DNA from: Octopus sinensis
Lineage: Eukaryota
Length of the DNA stretch: 64,000 bases
Direction of reading: 5' to 3'
Assembly (NCBI RefSeq): GCF_006345805.1
Contig: NC_043016.1
Span: 9,610,001 to 9,674,000 of the forward strand
The notes beneath the pieces are model-generated. The model saw only the letters and a program-made list of their open reading frames with translations, made no database searches and was not told where the DNA came from. This document shows positions 60,901 to 64,000 of this stretch, one piece after another. Position numbers and translations under genes: made by a program. The stretch's first letter is position 1; each line of letters starts with the position of its first letter.

Positions 60901-63821
60901 AATGTTGGGTCCCTGGAATTTCCTCCCAGCTCGTTTTTTTTCTACAGTGCTATTTTGTAAAAGTTGAAGAGAAACTTTAGTGCCATCATGCTTCTCAATA
61001 TAGGGAGTGGTGCATGTAAAACACAAGGAGGGGGTAGTACCCCTTCCTTCTAAACACACTTTACTTTGGAGAAATAGCAATATTTTGAATTGTCATTCCA
61101 GAAAATATAAGTGGGAGAATTATTCAGGCATGTTAAACTCACTGGTGCTGGTGCCAAGAAAAAAGCACCCAGTACACTCTGTTTAGTGGTTGGTATCGGA
61201 AAGGGCATCCACCTGTAAAAATTATGCCAAAGCAGACTGGAGTCTGGTGCGGTCCTTTGGCTTGTTGGTTCTTGTTGAACTGTTCAACCCTTTTCAGTAT
61301 AGAAAAAGGGATGTTAAATGATTATGATGAGACATTGTTGTGTGGTAAAAGAGTAAAGAATCTCTTCAGTCATGGGATTACATACAGAAAGTTCCCACTT
61401 TGGTACAACTCAGAGCAGACTTGTGTTTTGGGTAAGACCAGCAGTTGCCCATGCATACCAGCCTCTTCTCTCCGTGCCACTGATGTTATCCAAAGGAAAG
61501 GTTGATATAGCTTGGCACCAGTGATGTTGCAACTCATTCAACATATCCTGGCTCAGGTGGCTACCACTTCTATTTACACGCTAATTAACCCATAACTGGA
61601 ATCCTGACAGGTGCTATTACTCTGGGTTAAAGTAGTCCTTGGAACAAGTGGTTCAGATGTGGTCCCATGTTTCTCAAAATCTTGAAACTCCTGAAACGAT
61701 TTCACAACCAGATGCAGTTTAAGATTATGTACAAGTTTAAAGTCATGTACAAACGAATCTTCTGTGTAGACTATCAGATGTTCCATATTTGACAGTTAGG
61801 TCCATGCTTTCTTACTTCTTTACCGCCCACAAGGGGCTACACACAGATGGGACAAACAAGGACAGGCAAATGGATTAAGTCGATTATATCAACTCCAGTG
61901 CGTAACTGGTACTTATTTAATCAACCGCGAAAGGATGAAAGGCAAAATCGACCTTGGTGGAATTTAAACTCAGAGCGTAAAGACAGACGAAATACTGCTA
62001 AGTATTTTGCTCGGTGTGCTAACGATTCTGCCAGCGTGGAACAAACAGAAGGGAAATGTCACATTGCTGTGTGCTATAGAGGCTACAGTAATTGCATAAG
62101 CTTACCAAAGATTCAGAACATTAAGTGCAATGATGCAATACACTCCTCCCCACCTTCTCTTCCTCATTATCATCATCGTCATCATCATCCCATGCTAGAA
62201 TTGGCCGGAGACATTGTCCCCATCTGAAAACACAGGTCTTTATTCAGAAATACTGCTCTCCTAGGAGGAATTGGAGAGCCACATCTTGCTAGTATACTTT
62301 GCCTCATTTTTATTTGGCTTCTATGGCACCAACACTAAAGAAGTTGCGATGAACACCACCCAACAAAACAAAACAAAAAACTCCTTTCAACTCCATTTTA
62401 TTTCCAGTTAATGCTTCAACTACAAAATGTACAGGGATGCACTTGATTATGGTACCACTCAAGAGTTGCTGCCTTGTTCCTGGCAAAAGCAAAACAAAGT
62501 CCTTTTTACCCTACATTATTTCTTCATTCATTCTCCAATAACTTTACTGGGTTTGCTTAATGCATTTTTATTATGGTACGATTATTAGAGATATTGTTAA
62601 GTCTTTGACAAGACTAAAGAGTTCTTTGATCCCTATATTTTCCATTATTTCTCCACACATTTTCTTTCAAAGTGTGCTGGGTGCTTTTTATCTTGGCACT
62701 CGAGTCCTGGTTATGACTTTAAACTGTATTTTTTAATGGGTCTCTGATTCAGGAATTCCAGGGTTTTGAGGAGTGTGGAACCACATGTTTATTACTCCCA
62801 GGTCAATTATGACCCAGAGTAGTAGCATCTGTCAGGCTCCCAGCTATGGGTTAATTCACATTTTAGGGCTTGCCTACCTATGTAAGTGAAGACTGGATCT
62901 GATGGATGCTGCAGAAGAAACCTTCATAAGTTCAACAGAGGGAAAGATGATTGCAGTAACGTATTGTGAAGTAGCATCTGTCAGACTCCCAGCTATGGGT
63001 TAATTTACATTTTAGGGCTTTCCTACCTATGCATATGAAGAGTGGATCTGGCAGACTCTATGAAAGAAATCTTCATGGTTCAACAGTGAAGTTGTAGCAA
63101 GCAAGATGAGGAAAGTAAGAGGTTTTGTTCATCCACTGCATCCGCCCTCCCTACCAGCTGTCTTGATCTGGTCTTGCCATTGAATTGAAGATAGTCACAG
63201 ATGAGAGAATGAGATTGATGGTGTGCAATTCCTTCTCACATTAACCCTCTTGAGACACCCAGGCTGATTGATTAGTCCAAATGATACAAACTGAAAGAAC
63301 TTTGAGGCTGATCCATCAGCCCGATGGAACAAATGTTGTGAATTGGTTGGTTCTGAAGTGTAATATCTAATCAGAGATTGTTTTTCAGTTGATGTATCTC
63401 AATAGGAAAAAAAATTTGGTGTTTTTGGCTACACATGCAAAAACACCGTGTTTCTCAAAAAAAGGGTTAAACAAAGTCTCCACACAAGTCAACAGTCATC
63501 CTTAAGGATGAAACGGTTGGTCTTTGTCACTCTGAAAGACAAACACGATCTTGGCACTGTCATGATTATGCAAATGAGTTTGTGCCTGGCCCATTGAATA
63601 AACAACCTTCTGCTTTTTTTCATTTCGGTGTCTTGTGAAGGACCTGTGTGTGAGTGCTAGAGAGCAGTAAACATAGTGAAACTAGGTGTTGATGTTAAAC
63701 TGGATGCAGGATTAAGCCCATTGCTGAAGTCAGCAACAGTAGGATTTGAACTCAGAATGCTGAGTAAATACTGCCAAGCATCCTGTCCAAAGTTCTCATG
63801 ACTTCATCAATGTACCCATCA

Positions 63822-63835
63822 TGTAGTAGTAGTAA

Positions 63836-63867
<32 letters not shown>

Positions 63868-63873
63868 ATGGTG

Positions 63874-63905
<32 letters not shown>

Positions 63906-63938
63906 GGTGGTAGTAGTAATAGTAGTAGCAGCAGCAGC

Positions 63939-63986
<48 letters not shown>

Positions 63987-64000
63987 GGTAGTAGTAGTAG
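63822..64000. repeat. (GTA)n/(GGT)n microsatellite
   Basis: Direct reading. Confidence 0.95.

Noticed and set aside
60935-60985. Strong acceptor ttttttttctacAG
   Set aside because: Stops in all three frames within 35 nt; no evidence for a coding exon.
62310-62492. Minus-strand ORF after a ttttgccAG acceptor
   Set aside because: No recognisable homology and no clear donor.
63568-63575. Octamer ATGCAAAT
   Set aside because: A single 8-mer is expected by chance in 64 kb of AT-rich DNA.

Overview
Repeat-saturated, AT-rich animal genomic DNA; the tRNA-derived SINE types and microsatellite load best fit an Octopus/coleoid cephalopod chromosome (inference). Two host genes are visible. (1) The first coding exon of N-acetylglucosamine-6-phosphate deacetylase (AMDHD2/NagA) lies on the minus strand at 2440-2659, the rest of the gene runs off the left edge, and a candidate 5'UTR exon sits near 17.4 kb. 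(2) A complete 3-exon, 100-aa C19orf53/UPF0390 (Leydig cell tumour 10 kDa-like) gene lies on the plus strand (41567-41663, 44053-44108, 46225-46374); the ORF track missed it. The remainder is mobile DNA: a near full-length dead R4/Dong-type RLE retrotransposon in an (AAT)n tract, L1/Tx1 pieces (ORF1, ORF2, 3' ends), RTE and CR1 fragments, Penelope-like elements, piggyBac, mariner, maT, pogo, hAT, Merlin-like and Helentron-like DNA elements, several SINE families and microsatellites. Most interesting: a mobile Penelope-linked module joining a tRNA-like Pol III head to a minimal hammerhead ribozyme; a second hammerhead family; a SINE 3' tail shared with Tx1 LINE 3' ends; a 1.4-kb higher-order minisatellite built from the catalytic DNYFT motif of a piggyBac transposase; and a CpG-retention boundary that appears to trace gene-body methylation. 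All calls are by eye; no searches were run.
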